A stretch of 64,000 nt of DNA from Actinomycetes bacterium (GCA_021791915.1 JAJYVQ010000002.1:434-64433), one strand, 5' to 3'. Positions 30,114 through 40,868 are shown, counted from the stretch's first letter. Program-made: numbers and translations. Notes: generated by a model not told the origin, from the letters alone.

Positions 30114-30716
30114 TTATTCTGCGACTTTATCTGAAGACTCCGAATCTTTTTCTTCATCTAAATCGCTATCTTCATCCGCTTTATTAGAATCTTCAGCATT
30201 AGCATTCACTTTATTACTGTCTTCAGCATTACTGTCTTCAGCATTACTGTCTTCAGCATCATCTTCTTCTAATACTTCTTGGTTTGATACTTGGTTTTTG
30301 GTATCCGCTTCAAAGTCTTCATCTTGATCATCCAAGTTATCTGATTCGGTATACAACTCGTCATACTCTTCAGATTCGTCCTCAACTAAAGTAGCTTTTT
30401 TAGCTTCCTCTTCCAACTCTTTTTCAACCATCCTAGCTTTTGTACCGAAAAGTCTGCCTTCTTTTGCTTTATACTTTGCAACAACTTCACCTTCGGACTT
30501 TTGTGTCGGTTTCAAATGGACAATATTTAATTCTTTTTCATGAATAATTGTTATAAGTCTGGCAATTTCACGCTTAAGTTTTTTAATAGATGATACGTCT
30601 CCAAGTTGATTTGTAGCAGCTCTAAACTTTAAAGCTGTCAGCTCCTTTCTGGCATCTTTTAGCCTTGAAACAAGCTCTTCATCATGATAAGTTGAAAGCT
30701 CCGAGGCCTTAGTCAT
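30114..30716 (-). CDS. rpmC: 50S ribosomal protein L29 with a ~135-aa acidic C-terminal extension
   Basis: The first ~65 aa match L29 ([27 protein letters not shown]...IARLITI). The remainder is D/E/S/N-rich with AEDSN repeats. Confidence 0.88.
   Translation of the reverse strand: MTKASELSTYHDEELVSRLKDARKELTALKFRAATNQLGDVSSIKKLKREIARLITIIHEKELNIVHLKPTQKSEGEVVAKYKAKEGRLFGTKARMVEKELEEEAKKATLVEDESEEYDELYTESDNLDDQDEDFEADTKNQVSNQEVLEEDDAEDSNAEDSNAEDSNKVNANAEDSNKADEDSDLDEEKDSESSDKVAE
30213..30257. repeat. in-frame tandem repeat, 15-bp unit x3
   Basis: It encodes AEDSN x3 in the L29 tail. Confidence 0.85.
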
Positions 30717-31141
30717 TTTACGATTACCTCCGCATTCTCTCTTACAATGAACTTTGCCTTAAAGGGGAACTTTTGAATTGCCCGTTCCATGGCAGATCTC
30801 GCAAGGTCTACGTCTACTCCCGAGAGTTCGAACAAAACTCTACCAGGCCTTATTACAGCAACCCAATGTTCAGGGTTTCCTTTGCCCGAACCCATTCTTG
30901 TTCCTGCTGCTTTTTGAGTGACTGGTTTGTCGGGGAAAACTCGAATCCATACTTTTCCACCACGCCGAATATGTCGGGTCATTGCGATACGGGCAGCTTC
31001 AATCTGACGAGCAGTAAGCCAAGCTGGCTCAAGCGCCACTATTGCATATTCCCCAAAGTTTATTTCGTTTCCGCCTTTAGTCAAACCCGACAGTCTACCT
31101 CTCTGAGTTTTCCTGTGCTTAACTTTCTTCGGCATTAACAT
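30713..31141 (-). CDS. rplP: 50S ribosomal protein L16
   Basis: The start is reassigned to [11 protein letters not shown] (internal Met). The longer ORF overlaps the rpsC 3' end. Confidence 0.94.
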   Translation of the reverse strand: MLMPKKVKHRKTQRGRLSGLTKGGNEINFGEYAIVALEPAWLTARQIEAARIAMTRHIRRGGKVWIRVFPDKPVTQKAAGTRMGSGKGNPEHWVAVIRPGRVLFELSGVDVDLARSAMERAIQKFPFKAKFIVRENAEVIVK

Positions 31142-31142
31142 A

Positions 31143-32060
31143 CTATTCGTTCTCCTTCTTAAAGTGAGGTGTTTCGTGATGATCGCCTCGAACGCGCCTT
31201 TCGATTTCCTCTTCTTCGGCCAAAAGTTTTTCCAACTCATCTACATCCCCAGAAGATGCTGCCGTTTGAACTACTGTTTCAACAACTACATCTTCACCAG
31301 GATTATCGGCGACCAAAGCGGATTTCCTTTTACCTCCACCAGCAGTTACAATACGTTTTTTCGGCGTGAGGATTGGGCTTTCTGCTTGGGGCGTTTGTTC
31401 TTGAACATGCCTATCGTCGACAGAAGTACGATACGGGACTACGTCGCCTTTATATATCCAAACCTTAACTCCGATTCTGCCAAAAGTTGTCTTGGCTTCT
31501 CTGACTCCATAATCGATATCGGCCCGAAGAGTATGGAGTGGCACTCTCCCTTCGCTGTAAGCTTCTTTTCTAGCCATTTCTGCACCACCCAATCTTCCAG
31601 AACACTGAACTTTTATTCCAAGACCGCCAGCTTTCTGCACAGACTGGATAGCTCTTTTCATAGCACGCCTAAAACTGATTCTTCGTGACAACTGATCGGC
31701 AATACTCTGGGCAATTAAGCTTGCATCTAAATCAGGCTGTTTAATTTCCTGAATGTTAAGCTGTATTTTATTGTTGCCAGTAATCCTTTCTAACTTCTTA
31801 CGTAACCTTTCGGCTTCTGCCCCTCTTCGCCCAATTACTATTCCAGGTCTCGCAGAATGTATATCGACTTTTAGTCTATCTCTAGTTCGCTCCACTTCAA
31901 TTCTAGATATCGCAGCAGCTTCAAGTTGAGAGTTAAGAAAATCTCTGATTTTCCAATCTTCTATAACAGTTTGTCGATAGTTCTTTTCATCAAACCATCG
32001 TGACTTCCAATCGGTTGTCACACCTATTCTAAAGCCGTAAGGATTTACTTTCTGTCCCAT
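31143..32060 (-). CDS. rpsC: 30S ribosomal protein S3 (extended C-terminus)
   Basis: [23 protein letters not shown]-terminus with KH and S3-C domains, followed by a ~90-aa tail. Confidence 0.95.
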   Translation of the reverse strand: MGQKVNPYGFRIGVTTDWKSRWFDEKNYRQTVIEDWKIRDFLNSQLEAAAISRIEVERTRDRLKVDIHSARPGIVIGRRGAEAERLRKKLERITGNNKIQLNIQEIKQPDLDASLIAQSIADQLSRRISFRRAMKRAIQSVQKAGGLGIKVQCSGRLGGAEMARKEAYSEGRVPLHTLRADIDYGVREAKTTFGRIGVKVWIYKGDVVPYRTSVDDRHVQEQTPQAESPILTPKKRIVTAGGGKRKSALVADNPGEDVVVETVVQTAASSGDVDELEKLLAEEEEIERRVRGDHHETPHFKKENE

Positions 32061-32840
32061 TTAATCTTCCTTCTCAGCATCATCTAATTCAGCATCATCT
32101 AATTCAGTAGTAGTTAAATCGGTATTATCCACCACTACATCACTTGACTCATTTTCGACCGTATCATTGTCGTCTGTTGTTTTAGTAACCTCTATATTTT
32201 TGCCCGTGGTTTCTTCTTCTAGCTCAGTTTCCGTTTCTTTTTCAGCTTTTACCGAACTTTCAAGGTCATCTATTTCAACTTCTTCTGTATTTGAGACGTT
32301 TTCACTGTTATCTACATTTGCTGACGACTCGGTAACTTCCTCAGTTGTGTCGGAACCTTCCTTAGCTAACGACAAATCATCTATTTGTTTATCCGCTCCA
32401 GATTCCTGAGCTGCTTTAACTCTTCTCTGACGCTTTGCGGTCAGTTCGGCATTTTTTCTTTCTCTAATTTTTGTCAACTCTTCGTCAGACAGACGTGCCA
32501 ACGATATCGTTATGTGACAAGTTCTTTTACGAATTCGACTTGCCCTTCCTCTCGCTCTAGGACGAAATCTTTTAATGGTCATACCCTCATCGGCATAACA
32601 CTCTAATACATAGAGTTCCATAGCTTCAAAGCCCTGTCGGCTCTGAGCGTTGGCCAAAGCTGCTACCAGAATTTTCTTCACCATTCCAGCAGAACCTCTA
32701 TTAGTGTTCTCGAGGATACCCAGCGCAACCTCTGCCTGCTGACCCCTTATTAAATCCAAAACTTCACGCACCTTAAAGGCAGAAAATCTGATATGTTTTG
32801 CCGAAGCACTTGCAATCGGTTCGCTTGAAATAACTGTCAT
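32061..32840 (-). CDS. rplV: 50S ribosomal protein L22 with a ~130-aa acidic C-terminal extension
   Basis: L22 core (KRFRPRARGRASRIRKRTCHITI) followed by a D/E/T/S-rich tail that ends in a DDAEL repeat. Confidence 0.92.
   Translation of the reverse strand: MTVISSEPIASASAKHIRFSAFKVREVLDLIRGQQAEVALGILENTNRGSAGMVKKILVAALANAQSRQGFEAMELYVLECYADEGMTIKRFRPRARGRASRIRKRTCHITISLARLSDEELTKIRERKNAELTAKRQRRVKAAQESGADKQIDDLSLAKEGSDTTEEVTESSANVDNSENVSNTEEVEIDDLESSVKAEKETETELEEETTGKNIEVTKTTDDNDTVENESSDVVVDNTDLTTTELDDAELDDAEKED
32075..32107. repeat. in-frame tandem repeat, 15-bp unit x2.2 (cagcatcatctaatt)
   Basis: It encodes ELDDA x2 at the L22 C-terminus. Confidence 0.8.
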
Positions 32841-32843
32841 GGT

Positions 32844-33122
32844 CTACCTTCTACCTTGCTTTTCTTGACCAGCATGAAACTTAAATGTTCTAGTTGGAGC
32901 AAACTCGCCGAGTTTGTGACCAACCATAGACTCAGAAATATATACTGGAATATGTTTTCTTCCGTCGTGAACAGCCAAAGTATGGCCTACCATATCTGGA
33001 ATAATAGTTGACCGTCTAGACCAAGTCTTTATAACCCTTTTGTCGCCTTTGGCGTTTAAATTTTCTACTTTCTTTAACAGGTGATCGTCTACAAACGGAC
33101 CTTTTTTCAGGCTTCTGGGCAT
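32844..33122 (-). CDS. rpsS: 30S ribosomal protein S19
   Basis: [19 protein letters not shown] and [11 protein letters not shown]. Confidence 0.96.
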   Translation of the reverse strand: MPRSLKKGPFVDDHLLKKVENLNAKGDKRVIKTWSRRSTIIPDMVGHTLAVHDGRKHIPVYISESMVGHKLGEFAPTRTFKFHAGQEKQGRR

Positions 33123-33125
33123 AAA

Positions 33126-33962
33126 TTACCTCCTGGCTCCTCGGCCTCTGCGCTTACGAATTATTAGCTTATCTGAATCTTTCCTCAAAGCTCTTGTTCT
33201 ACCCTCGGGCTTTCCCCAAGGAGATACGGGGTGACGACCACCAGAACTTTTGCCTTCGCCGCCTCCCAGCGGATGATCGACAGGATTCATAGCGACTCCT
33301 CTGGTTTGCGGACGTACACCTTTCCATCTGTTCCGACCAGCTTTGCCAATTTTAATAAGCTCGCTTTCAGAATTGGAAACTTCTCCAACGGTAGCTCTGC
33401 AATCGATCGGAACTCTTCTCATCTCTGAAGACGGTAACCTTAAAGTGGCAAACCCGCCTTCTTTTGCAACCAACTGTATAGCGGAACCAGCGCCCCTTCC
33501 CATTTTTCCTCCTGCTCCCGGCTTAAACTCCACATTATGAACAACCGAACCCACTGGCATATATCTGAGCGGAAGCGCATTCCCTACTTTTATCTCCGCA
33601 TCTCTTCCAGATTTGACCGTATCGCCAACTTTAAGACCTTTAGGGGCTAAGATATATCGCTTTTCACCGTCGTGATAGTGTAGTAAAGCAATTCTAGAAT
33701 TCCTATTCGGATCGTATTCGATAGTTGCCACTTTTGCTGGAACCGAATCTTTGTTCCTTTTGAAATCTACGATTCTGTACTGTCTCTTATGTCCACCTCC
33801 CCTGTGTCGAGAGGTTTTGCGTCCGTAGTTATTTCTACCGCCCGAAGAAGATATCGACTTAAGAAGTGACTTTTCGGGTTTGTCGGTAGTAATTTCGCTG
33901 AAATCAGATACCGTCTGAAATCTGCGTCCAGGAGATGTCGGTTTACGCTGCCTTAATGCCAT
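33126..33962 (-). CDS. rplB: 50S ribosomal protein L2
   Basis: [19 protein letters not shown] and [14 protein letters not shown] motifs. Confidence 0.97.
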   Translation of the reverse strand: MALRQRKPTSPGRRFQTVSDFSEITTDKPEKSLLKSISSSGGRNNYGRKTSRHRGGGHKRQYRIVDFKRNKDSVPAKVATIEYDPNRNSRIALLHYHDGEKRYILAPKGLKVGDTVKSGRDAEIKVGNALPLRYMPVGSVVHNVEFKPGAGGKMGRGAGSAIQLVAKEGGFATLRLPSSEMRRVPIDCRATVGEVSNSESELIKIGKAGRNRWKGVRPQTRGVAMNPVDHPLGGGEGKSSGGRHPVSPWGKPEGRTRALRKDSDKLIIRKRRGRGARR

Positions 33963-33963
33963 A

Positions 33964-34269
33964 TTAACTTCTCGCTTCCTCGAACAGTTCTATCTTGTGA
34001 TCTGGAGCCAAGGTAACTATCGCTCTTTTTGTATTTGGTTTGTAGTGTGTCACTCCTGTTCTTCGGTTTCGTACGCCTTTACCTTTTCTGTGCATGGTGT
34101 TAACTTTTCTGACTTCCACGTTAAATATTCTTTCTACCGCATCTTTGATCTCACCTTTTTTGGATTTTACATCAACCACGAATATATATGCACCGTTTTC
34201 CATCAGAGTATAAGACTTCTCTGAAACTACTGGACGAATTAATATTTGCTTTTCTTTCATATAGTCCAT
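33964..34269 (-). CDS. rplW: 50S ribosomal protein L23
   Basis: [15 protein letters not shown] and [10 protein letters not shown]. Confidence 0.94.
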   Translation of the reverse strand: MDYMKEKQILIRPVVSEKSYTLMENGAYIFVVDVKSKKGEIKDAVERIFNVEVRKVNTMHRKGKGVRNRRTGVTHYKPNTKRAIVTLAPDHKIELFEEARS

Positions 34270-34997
34270 TAGCTATCACTTCCTTCATTATTTTCAACTT
34301 CGATATCTTGTTTTAAACCAGTCGAGCTAATGAAAGACAAACTCTCATCATCAAAAATTAACCAGTCTGAGTTCAAAACAGAATAAGTGGTCAACTGTTT
34401 TACTAGTATCGGTTCAACTAAAGGTAAATTTCTGAAAGACTTTTCTGCAAGAGAATTTAAATCTGTCAACGCTATTAATATATTTTTTCTGACCTTAATT
34501 TTTTCCAACAAATTAACGGCGGTTCTTGTCGAAGGAGCATCAAAGTCAAACGAACTGATAACTGCGATACGATTCAACCTAGCTCGATCTGACAAGGCCG
34601 AATAAAGTGAACCTCTTACCATCTTTTTTGGAGTATTTTGCTCGTAACTTCTAGGCTTAGGTCCTAAGGCTACCCCTCCTTTAGTGAACTGGGGAGCCCT
34701 CGTCGTACCTTGCCGTGCTCGGCCAGTACCTTTCTGTCTAAAAGGCTTTGCCCCACCTCCGCGTACCTCAGACCGTGTCTTAGTTGACTGAGTTCCAGCT
34801 CTTAAAGAAGCTAAGTAAGCAGTAACTACCTGATGCATTAGAGCAACATTAGGAGTTCTGCCAAAAACTTGGGGATCTAAATCCACATCGTTCAAATACT
34901 CCCCCTCAAAAGAATATCTTTTTGCCGATCTTTGTGCCAATATAATCTCAGACTTATGTGTACCTAGCTTATGTGTACCTAGTAAACCGATCGACAT
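34269..34997 (-). CDS. rplD: 50S ribosomal protein L4
   Basis: VRGGGAKPFRQKGTGRARQG motif. The N-terminus contains an LGTHK x2 repeat. Confidence 0.94.
   Translation of the reverse strand: MSIGLLGTHKLGTHKSEIILAQRSAKRYSFEGEYLNDVDLDPQVFGRTPNVALMHQVVTAYLASLRAGTQSTKTRSEVRGGGAKPFRQKGTGRARQGTTRAPQFTKGGVALGPKPRSYEQNTPKKMVRGSLYSALSDRARLNRIAVISSFDFDAPSTRTAVNLLEKIKVRKNILIALTDLNSLAEKSFRNLPLVEPILVKQLTTYSVLNSDWLIFDDESLSFISSTGLKQDIEVENNEGSDS
34953..34982. repeat. in-frame tandem repeat, 15-bp unit x2 (cttatgtgtacctag)
   Basis: It encodes LGTHK x2 at codons 5-14 of rplD. Confidence 0.85.
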
Positions 34998-34999
34998 AG

Positions 35000-35641
35000 C
35001 TACCTACCCGCCTTTATCGCATCTCTCACCAATACAGTTCCTCCTTTTGGACCGGGCACTGCTCCTTTTAAAATTAGTATTGATTTTTCCAAGTCGCTCG
35101 AAACCACTTCGAGATTTAAAGTTGTAACTTTAGCTGCACCCATTTGACCTGCCATCTTTGTTCCCTTGAAAACCCTAGAAGGAGTAGCACAAGCTCCTAT
35201 AGATCCGGGTGCCCTGTGTTTTTTATGGTTCCCGTGGCCTGCTCCCTGCCCTTTAAAATTGTGACGCTTCATACCGCCAGTAAATCCCTTTCCTTTAGAG
35301 ATAGCAGTTACGTCCACTTTTTGCCCTTTTTCAATCTGTTCTAAGGTAATGTTCTGACCAACTTCATAAGAGCTAACATCATCCAATCTGAGCTCTAATA
35401 ACTTAGCCCCTGGTTTTACATCGTGAGCTTCAAAGTGTCCAAGCTCTGGTTTATTCAATTTAGACTCTCTAATGAAACCAGTAGTTACCTGAAGTGCCCT
35501 GTAACCATCAGTTTCATCTTTTTTAACCTGAACGATAGTTATATCTTCGATCTTTAATACAGTTACTGGAATCACCCGATTTTGTTCGTCCCAAATCTGA
35601 GTCATTCCAATCTTTTTTCCGACAATCGCTTTTGCTGTCAT
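35000..35641 (-). CDS. rplC: 50S ribosomal protein L3
   Basis: GKKIGMTQIW N-terminus and FKGQGAGHGNHKKHRAPGSIG. Confidence 0.96.
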   Translation of the reverse strand: MTAKAIVGKKIGMTQIWDEQNRVIPVTVLKIEDITIVQVKKDETDGYRALQVTTGFIRESKLNKPELGHFEAHDVKPGAKLLELRLDDVSSYEVGQNITLEQIEKGQKVDVTAISKGKGFTGGMKRHNFKGQGAGHGNHKKHRAPGSIGACATPSRVFKGTKMAGQMGAAKVTTLNLEVVSSDLEKSILILKGAVPGPKGGTVLVRDAIKAGR

Positions 35642-35650
35642 AGTTTATCC

Positions 35651-35686
35651 AGTTCTTAAAATTACAGTTCTTAAAATTACAGTTAC
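35651..35686. repeat. intergenic tandem repeat, 15-bp unit x about 2.4 (agttcttaaaattac)
   Basis: Direct reading, 10 nt upstream of the rplC ATG. Confidence 0.85.
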
Positions 35687-35910
35687 TCGTTTTAATATTC
35701 AATATGGTTTCACCTATTGGGTTAAAGTCTTAAAGTAACTTTAAGGTACCATATCTGTAAATAAAATTTATATATATTCAGTGTTTATATATATTTTGTA
35801 TTTATAAATATTCTGTGTTTATTTACAGTTCAACCAAATGCACCGCATCCAAACTTTTGGTTCAAATACGACTGCACAACACAGTTTTTGGCAAAACAAA
35901 TATCTTTATT

Positions 35911-35989
35911 AGCAGATAAATTAACGAACTTTTTTAAATTAACCCAGACGTTAAACCAAAGTTTAATTTATCTGTTTAATTTATCTGCT
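35911..35989. repeat. 14-bp perfect inverted repeat (AGCAGATAAATTAA / TTAATTTATCTGCT) with a 51-nt loop
   Basis: Direct reading. The 3' arm is part of a 13-bp tandem duplication (gtttaatttatct x2). Confidence 0.8.
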
Positions 35990-36180
35990 CTTATTTACAC
36001 TAAGTACTTACCGCTGTAAGGTCCCCATCGATTACTTCCGCTTTATTTCACGGATTAATTCCGCATATAACTTCATCGGTAGATCTTAAAAATTATAGCT
36101 TTACCTCTGTTGCAGATTTTAGAAACATTCCTTTCTAAATTTAGCTTTCCCAATCAAACCTTAAAAGTCGACCAGTTAAC

Positions 36181-36215
36181 ATCAAAACTGCGAACTGCAA
36201 TTTGTTGTTGCAGTT
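36181..36215 (-). terminator. candidate terminator or attenuator hairpin downstream of rpsJ
   Basis: 8-bp stem AACTGCAA/TTGCAGTT with a 7-nt loop. On the minus strand it is followed by CGCAGTTTTGAT. It lies about 120 nt after the rpsJ stop. Confidence 0.35.
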
Positions 36216-36333
36216 ATTCTAAGTAAAACCTAAATTTTAATCTCAGGGCGCTGACAGACCAATTTATTTATTTTCCTAAATCATTTTAGTACGTTTTTTT
36301 TATCAAATTTTCAAACCAAGCATCATCACCAAA

Positions 36334-36657
36334 CTAAGACTGAATCTTGATGGCTATATCCACTCCAGCGGGCAAATCCAACCTTTGTAGCGAATCAACC
36401 GTTTTGGATGAATGATCTACTATATCTATCAGTCTTTTGTGAATTCTCATCTCAAAGTGTTCTCTGGAATCCTTGTACTTATGCGGGGATCGGATTACCG
36501 TATAACGATGCTTTTCGGTGGGAAGCGGTACTGGACCGTTGACTTTAGCTTGCGTTCGCAATACGGTATCAACAATTTTTTGAGTTGAAGTGTCCAAGAC
36601 TTCATGATCATAAGCCTTCAGCCTTATCCTAATTTTTTGACCTGACGAACCTGCCAT
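36334..36657 (-). CDS. rpsJ: 30S ribosomal protein S10
   Basis: [15 protein letters not shown] and [26 protein letters not shown]. The start is only 6 nt after the tuf stop. Confidence 0.96.
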   Translation of the reverse strand: MAGSSGQKIRIRLKAYDHEVLDTSTQKIVDTVLRTQAKVNGPVPLPTEKHRYTVIRSPHKYKDSREHFEMRIHKRLIDIVDHSSKTVDSLQRLDLPAGVDIAIKIQS

Positions 36658-36663
36658 TTTATC

Positions 36664-37851
36664 CTACTTTAAGATTTTGGTGACTCTTCCAGCACCTACC
36701 GTACGACCACCCTCTCGGATTGCAAATTTCAGTCCTTCATCCATTGCGATTGGCTTTCCAAGTTCGACGGTCATCGTAGTATTATCTCCCGGCATAACCA
36801 TTTCAATTGACTTGTCTAGCTCGATAGACCCAGTAACGTCAGTAGTCCTAAAATAAAACTGCGGTCGGTAACCGTTAAAGAATGGCTTGTGACGTCCACC
36901 TTCTTCTTTTTTAAGAACATAGACATTTGCTTCAAAAGAAGTGTGAGGAGTTATTGAGCCAGGCTTACAGAGAACTTGTCCTCTTTCAACCTCTTCTTTT
37001 TTAGTCCCTCTTAAAAGTGCGCCAATATTGTCGCCCGCTTCCGCTTCGTCCAACATCTTGTGAAACATCTCTACTCCAGTACACACCGTCTTTTGAGTTG
37101 GACGCAATCCAACTATTTCTACTTCGTCACCAACGTGCAAAAGACCTGTTTCAATACGTCCAGTAACCACGGTCCCTCGACCAGGTATGGTCATAACATC
37201 TTCAACCGACATTAAGAAAGGCTTGTCTTTTTCTCTGTTGGGCTGAGGAATAAACTCATCTACTTGGGCCATCAACTCCAAAATACCTTTGGTAGCTTCG
37301 GGGTCTCCTTCCAGAGCTTTTAATGCGCTTACTTTAACGACTGGAGTATCGTCACCTGGAAACTCGTACTCATTCAAAAGTTCACGAACTTCCATTTCCA
37401 CCAAATCTAAAAGCTCGGGATCGTCTACGGCATCGCACTTGTTCAATGCCACAACTATGGATGGTACTCCAACTTGACGAGCCAAAAGTACGTGCTCTCT
37501 GGTTTGGGGCATCGGTCCGTCAGTTGCACTAACGACTAAAATAGCTCCGTCGACCTGAGCTGCTCCAGTAATCATGTTTTTAATATAGTCGGCATGTCCA
37601 GGCATGTCCACATGAGCATAGTGTCTTTTTTCGGTCTCATATTCAACGTGAGCAATTGAGATCGTTATACCTCTAGCTCTCTCTTCAGGTGCCTTATCGA
37701 TCTGATCAAATGGAGTAAATGACACATTCGGATTATTCTCAGACAGCACTTTAGTAATCGCTGCCGTTAACGTAGTTTTACCATGGTCGATATGACCCAT
37801 TGTCCCGACGTTTACATGCGGTTTGTTCCGCTCAAATTTTTGTTTAGCCAT
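36664..37851 (-). CDS. tuf: elongation factor Tu
   Basis: [18 protein letters not shown] and NKCD GTPase motifs. Confidence 0.98.
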   Translation of the reverse strand: MAKQKFERNKPHVNVGTMGHIDHGKTTLTAAITKVLSENNPNVSFTPFDQIDKAPEERARGITISIAHVEYETEKRHYAHVDMPGHADYIKNMITGAAQVDGAILVVSATDGPMPQTREHVLLARQVGVPSIVVALNKCDAVDDPELLDLVEMEVRELLNEYEFPGDDTPVVKVSALKALEGDPEATKGILELMAQVDEFIPQPNREKDKPFLMSVEDVMTIPGRGTVVTGRIETGLLHVGDEVEIVGLRPTQKTVCTGVEMFHKMLDEAEAGDNIGALLRGTKKEEVERGQVLCKPGSITPHTSFEANVYVLKKEEGGRHKPFFNGYRPQFYFRTTDVTGSIELDKSIEMVMPGDNTTMTVELGKPIAMDEGLKFAIREGGRTVGAGRVTKILK

Positions 37852-38065
37852 TAGCTCTTTTCCTTTGCTCCATTATTAAAAAAGTAAAGATACAGTTCTT
37901 TACCAACCTTGTAATTAAAAATTTGATAGAAATAAAATATTAGCGCAATTTTCTATCTATGTTTTACCAAATGTTATGTAGCAACTCAATTTTGTAGATG
38001 AATTACCCGATCTAACTTTGATATTCAGTTGTTTACAAATTTATCGCTATTGTAATTTACTGCTC

Positions 38066-38167
38066 AATTTATTCTTATTTAATTTATTCTTATTTAATTT
38101 ATTCTTATTTAATTTATTCTTATTTAATTTATTCTTATTTAATTTATTCTTATTTAATTTATTCTTA
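38066..38167. repeat. intergenic tandem repeat, 15-bp unit x about 6.8 (aatttattcttattt)
   Basis: Direct reading of the 432-bp fusA-tuf spacer. Confidence 0.92.
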
Positions 38168-38283
38168 CTGTTATTCTTATATTATTATTTTTAGGTTTTT
38201 ATATTTAGGTTTTTATTATGGTAGTTTTACTTTAATTAATTAAAAGTTCGCTATCATGTTAAAAAACGATCTAAGTAGGTCAA

Positions 38284-40371
38284 TCATTCGCCTTTAACTT
38301 TTGCCACAATCTCTTTTGAAACTGACTCTGGAACCTCCTGATATGAATCAAATTGCATTGTGTAACTTGCCCGACCCTGTGTTCTAGAACGCAAATCAGT
38401 GGCATATCTGAACATCTCACCTAACGGTACAAGCGCCTTTACAACCTGATTATTTACCCGCTGTTCCATCCCTTCTATTTTGCCCCTCCTAGAAGAGAGA
38501 TCGCCTATAACGTCGCCCATATATTCTTCGGGAGTAACGACTTCAACTGACATAATTGGTTCCAACAATACGGGTTTTGCCATCCGACAAGCTTTTTTAA
38601 TCGCCATGGAACCCGCTATCCTAAATGCCATCTCAGAGGAGTCCACATCGTGATATGAACCGTCTACTAACGTCGCTTTAACTCCAACTGTAGGGTAACC
38701 TGCCAATACACCACTCGTTAAGGCTTCTTTAATTCCAGCATCGACTGCTGGAATATATTCTCTAGGAATAACCCCGCCTGTGATTTCGTTAACGAACTGA
38801 TACTGTCCCGAAGGACCCGTGGGCTCGACATTTATTACAACGTGTCCGTACTGCCCTCTACCTCCCGACTGACGTATGTATTTTTCTTCAACCTCTTTAA
38901 CGGCAACGGTAATCGTTTCTCTGAATGCAACCTGAGGTTTCCCAACATGAGCATCAACGCTGAACTCTCTTAACATGCGATCTACTAGAACTTCCAAATG
39001 GAGCTCACCCATTCCAGCAATAACTGTCTGCCCAGTTTCTTCATCTGTACTTACTCTAAAGGTTGGGTCTTCTTCAGAAAGAGCAAACAAAGCTTTGCCA
39101 AGTTTATCCTGATCCGCTTTTGTTTTTGGTTCGATTGCTACATTAATAACAGGTTCGGGGAACTCCAAGGATTCCAACAGTATTGGATTAGCTGGATCAC
39201 AAAGAGTATCTCCAGTTTTAGTGTTTTTAAGCCCAACTACGGCAACAATATCTCCAGCAAATGCTGCGTCTCTATCTTCTCTGTGGTTCGCATGCATTTG
39301 CAAAATTCGCCCTACTCGTTCTTTTTGCGAAGACGTAGTATTCACAACGGCCGTGCCCTTATCCAACACACCAGAGTATACCCTTATATAAGTAAGTTTT
39401 CCAACGTATGGGTCTGTCATGATTTTAAAAGCTAAAGCCGAAAAAGGTTCTGAATCGTCTGGTTTTCTTTGAATCTTGTCTTCTTTATTTGGCAATGTAC
39501 CTTCAGTCGGAGGTATATCCAAAGGAGACGGCAAATAATCGATGACTGCGTCTAACATAGGTTGAACACCTTTATTCTTAAACGCAGATCCGCATAAAAC
39601 AGGAACTACCTCGTTTATTATTGTCGCATGCCTTAAGGCCTTTTTCAAATCAACTTCTGTAATCTCTTCTTCCGCTAAATATTTTTCAATAAGTTCATCG
39701 TCGTGATGTGTTAAAACTTCAAGCAGTTCGTGTCTAGCTTCGTCTGCTTTTTGCTTAAGATCATCAGGAATTTCGACTTTTGAATATTTGTCACCCATTC
39801 CTTCTTCCCAAATAATCGCTTTCATACCAAGCAAATCTACGACACCTTTAAAGTCCGATTCCACTCCAATCGGAAGCTGAATTACAGCGGGTACTGCTCC
39901 CAATCGATCCACAATCATTTCGACGGTTCTGCTAAAATTTGCCCCGATTCTATCCATCTTGTTTACAAAACAAATTCGTGGAACCCTATACTTATTACCC
40001 TGTCTCCAAACTGTTTCCGTCTGTGGCTCTACTCCAGCAACTGCGTCAAATACCGCTACAGCACCATCTAAGATCCTCAAAGATCTCTCCACCTCTACTG
40101 TAAAATCAACGTGCCCAGGAGTGTCAATTATATTGATTGTGGTATCGTTCCATTTACAAGTTGTCGCCGCCGAAGTAATGGTGATTCCTCGCTCCTGTTC
40201 TTGAACCATCCAGTCCATAGTTGCAGCACCTTCGTGAACTTCACCAATCTTATAATTCTTCCCAGTGTAATAAAGAATTCTTTCGGTAGTAGTAGTTTTT
40301 CCGGCATCTATATGTGCCATGATACCGATATTTCTTGTTTTTTCCAGTGGGTGTTCCCGCTTAGTGGGCAT
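38284..40371 (-). CDS. fusA: elongation factor G
   Basis: [20 protein letters not shown] and NKMD motifs. 695 aa. Confidence 0.98.
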   Translation of the reverse strand: MPTKREHPLEKTRNIGIMAHIDAGKTTTTERILYYTGKNYKIGEVHEGAATMDWMVQEQERGITITSAATTCKWNDTTINIIDTPGHVDFTVEVERSLRILDGAVAVFDAVAGVEPQTETVWRQGNKYRVPRICFVNKMDRIGANFSRTVEMIVDRLGAVPAVIQLPIGVESDFKGVVDLLGMKAIIWEEGMGDKYSKVEIPDDLKQKADEARHELLEVLTHHDDELIEKYLAEEEITEVDLKKALRHATIINEVVPVLCGSAFKNKGVQPMLDAVIDYLPSPLDIPPTEGTLPNKEDKIQRKPDDSEPFSALAFKIMTDPYVGKLTYIRVYSGVLDKGTAVVNTTSSQKERVGRILQMHANHREDRDAAFAGDIVAVVGLKNTKTGDTLCDPANPILLESLEFPEPVINVAIEPKTKADQDKLGKALFALSEEDPTFRVSTDEETGQTVIAGMGELHLEVLVDRMLREFSVDAHVGKPQVAFRETITVAVKEVEEKYIRQSGGRGQYGHVVINVEPTGPSGQYQFVNEITGGVIPREYIPAVDAGIKEALTSGVLAGYPTVGVKATLVDGSYHDVDSSEMAFRIAGSMAIKKACRMAKPVLLEPIMSVEVVTPEEYMGDVIGDLSSRRGKIEGMEQRVNNQVVKALVPLGEMFRYATDLRSRTQGRASYTMQFDSYQEVPESVSKEIVAKVKGE

Positions 40372-40397
40372 TTAAAATCTCTTCTGCTTTAAAATTC

Positions 40398-40868
40398 TTA
40401 CCATCTATAGTGAGCAAAAGCTCTGTTTGATTCAGCCATCTTCTGAACATCTTCTTTTCTTTTAACAGCACCCCCGACACCGTTTGAAGCGTCCTGAATT
40501 TCGCCAGCAAGTCTTAGAGCCATGGTCTTTTCTTTGCGATTTTTAGCATATCCTACCAGCCATCTAACTGAAAGCGTGTTTGCTCGCCTTGGCTTAACTT
40601 CTACTGGAACCTGATACGTCGCCCCGCCAACCCTTCTACTTCTGACTTCCAATTCCGGGCGGGTTCGATCAAGTGCCTGCTTTAAAACAGTCAGAGGATC
40701 ATTACCAGTGCGTTCAGCAACCGTATCTAAAGCGTCATAAACAATTTTTTCTGCTAAAGTTTTTTTCCCTCTAGATAACACTTTGTTGATAACTTGTGCT
40801 ACAGTCACTGACTGATATACAGGATCGGGGCTAACAGTTTTTCTGGATGGGGCACCGTATCTCGGCAT
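40398..40868 (-). CDS. rpsG: 30S ribosomal protein S7
   Basis: [10 protein letters not shown]... N-terminus and C-terminal NRAFAHYRW. Confidence 0.96.
   Translation of the reverse strand: MPRYGAPSRKTVSPDPVYQSVTVAQVINKVLSRGKKTLAEKIVYDALDTVAERTGNDPLTVLKQALDRTRPELEVRSRRVGGATYQVPVEVKPRRANTLSVRWLVGYAKNRKEKTMALRLAGEIQDASNGVGGAVKRKEDVQKMAESNRAFAHYRW

Noticed and set aside
31164-31688. 174-aa and 66-aa plus-strand ORFs antisense to rpsC
   Set aside because: These are shadow ORFs within a conserved gene.
38998-40392. Plus-strand ORFs antisense to fusA (145, 81 and 93 aa)
   Set aside because: These are shadow ORFs within a conserved gene.
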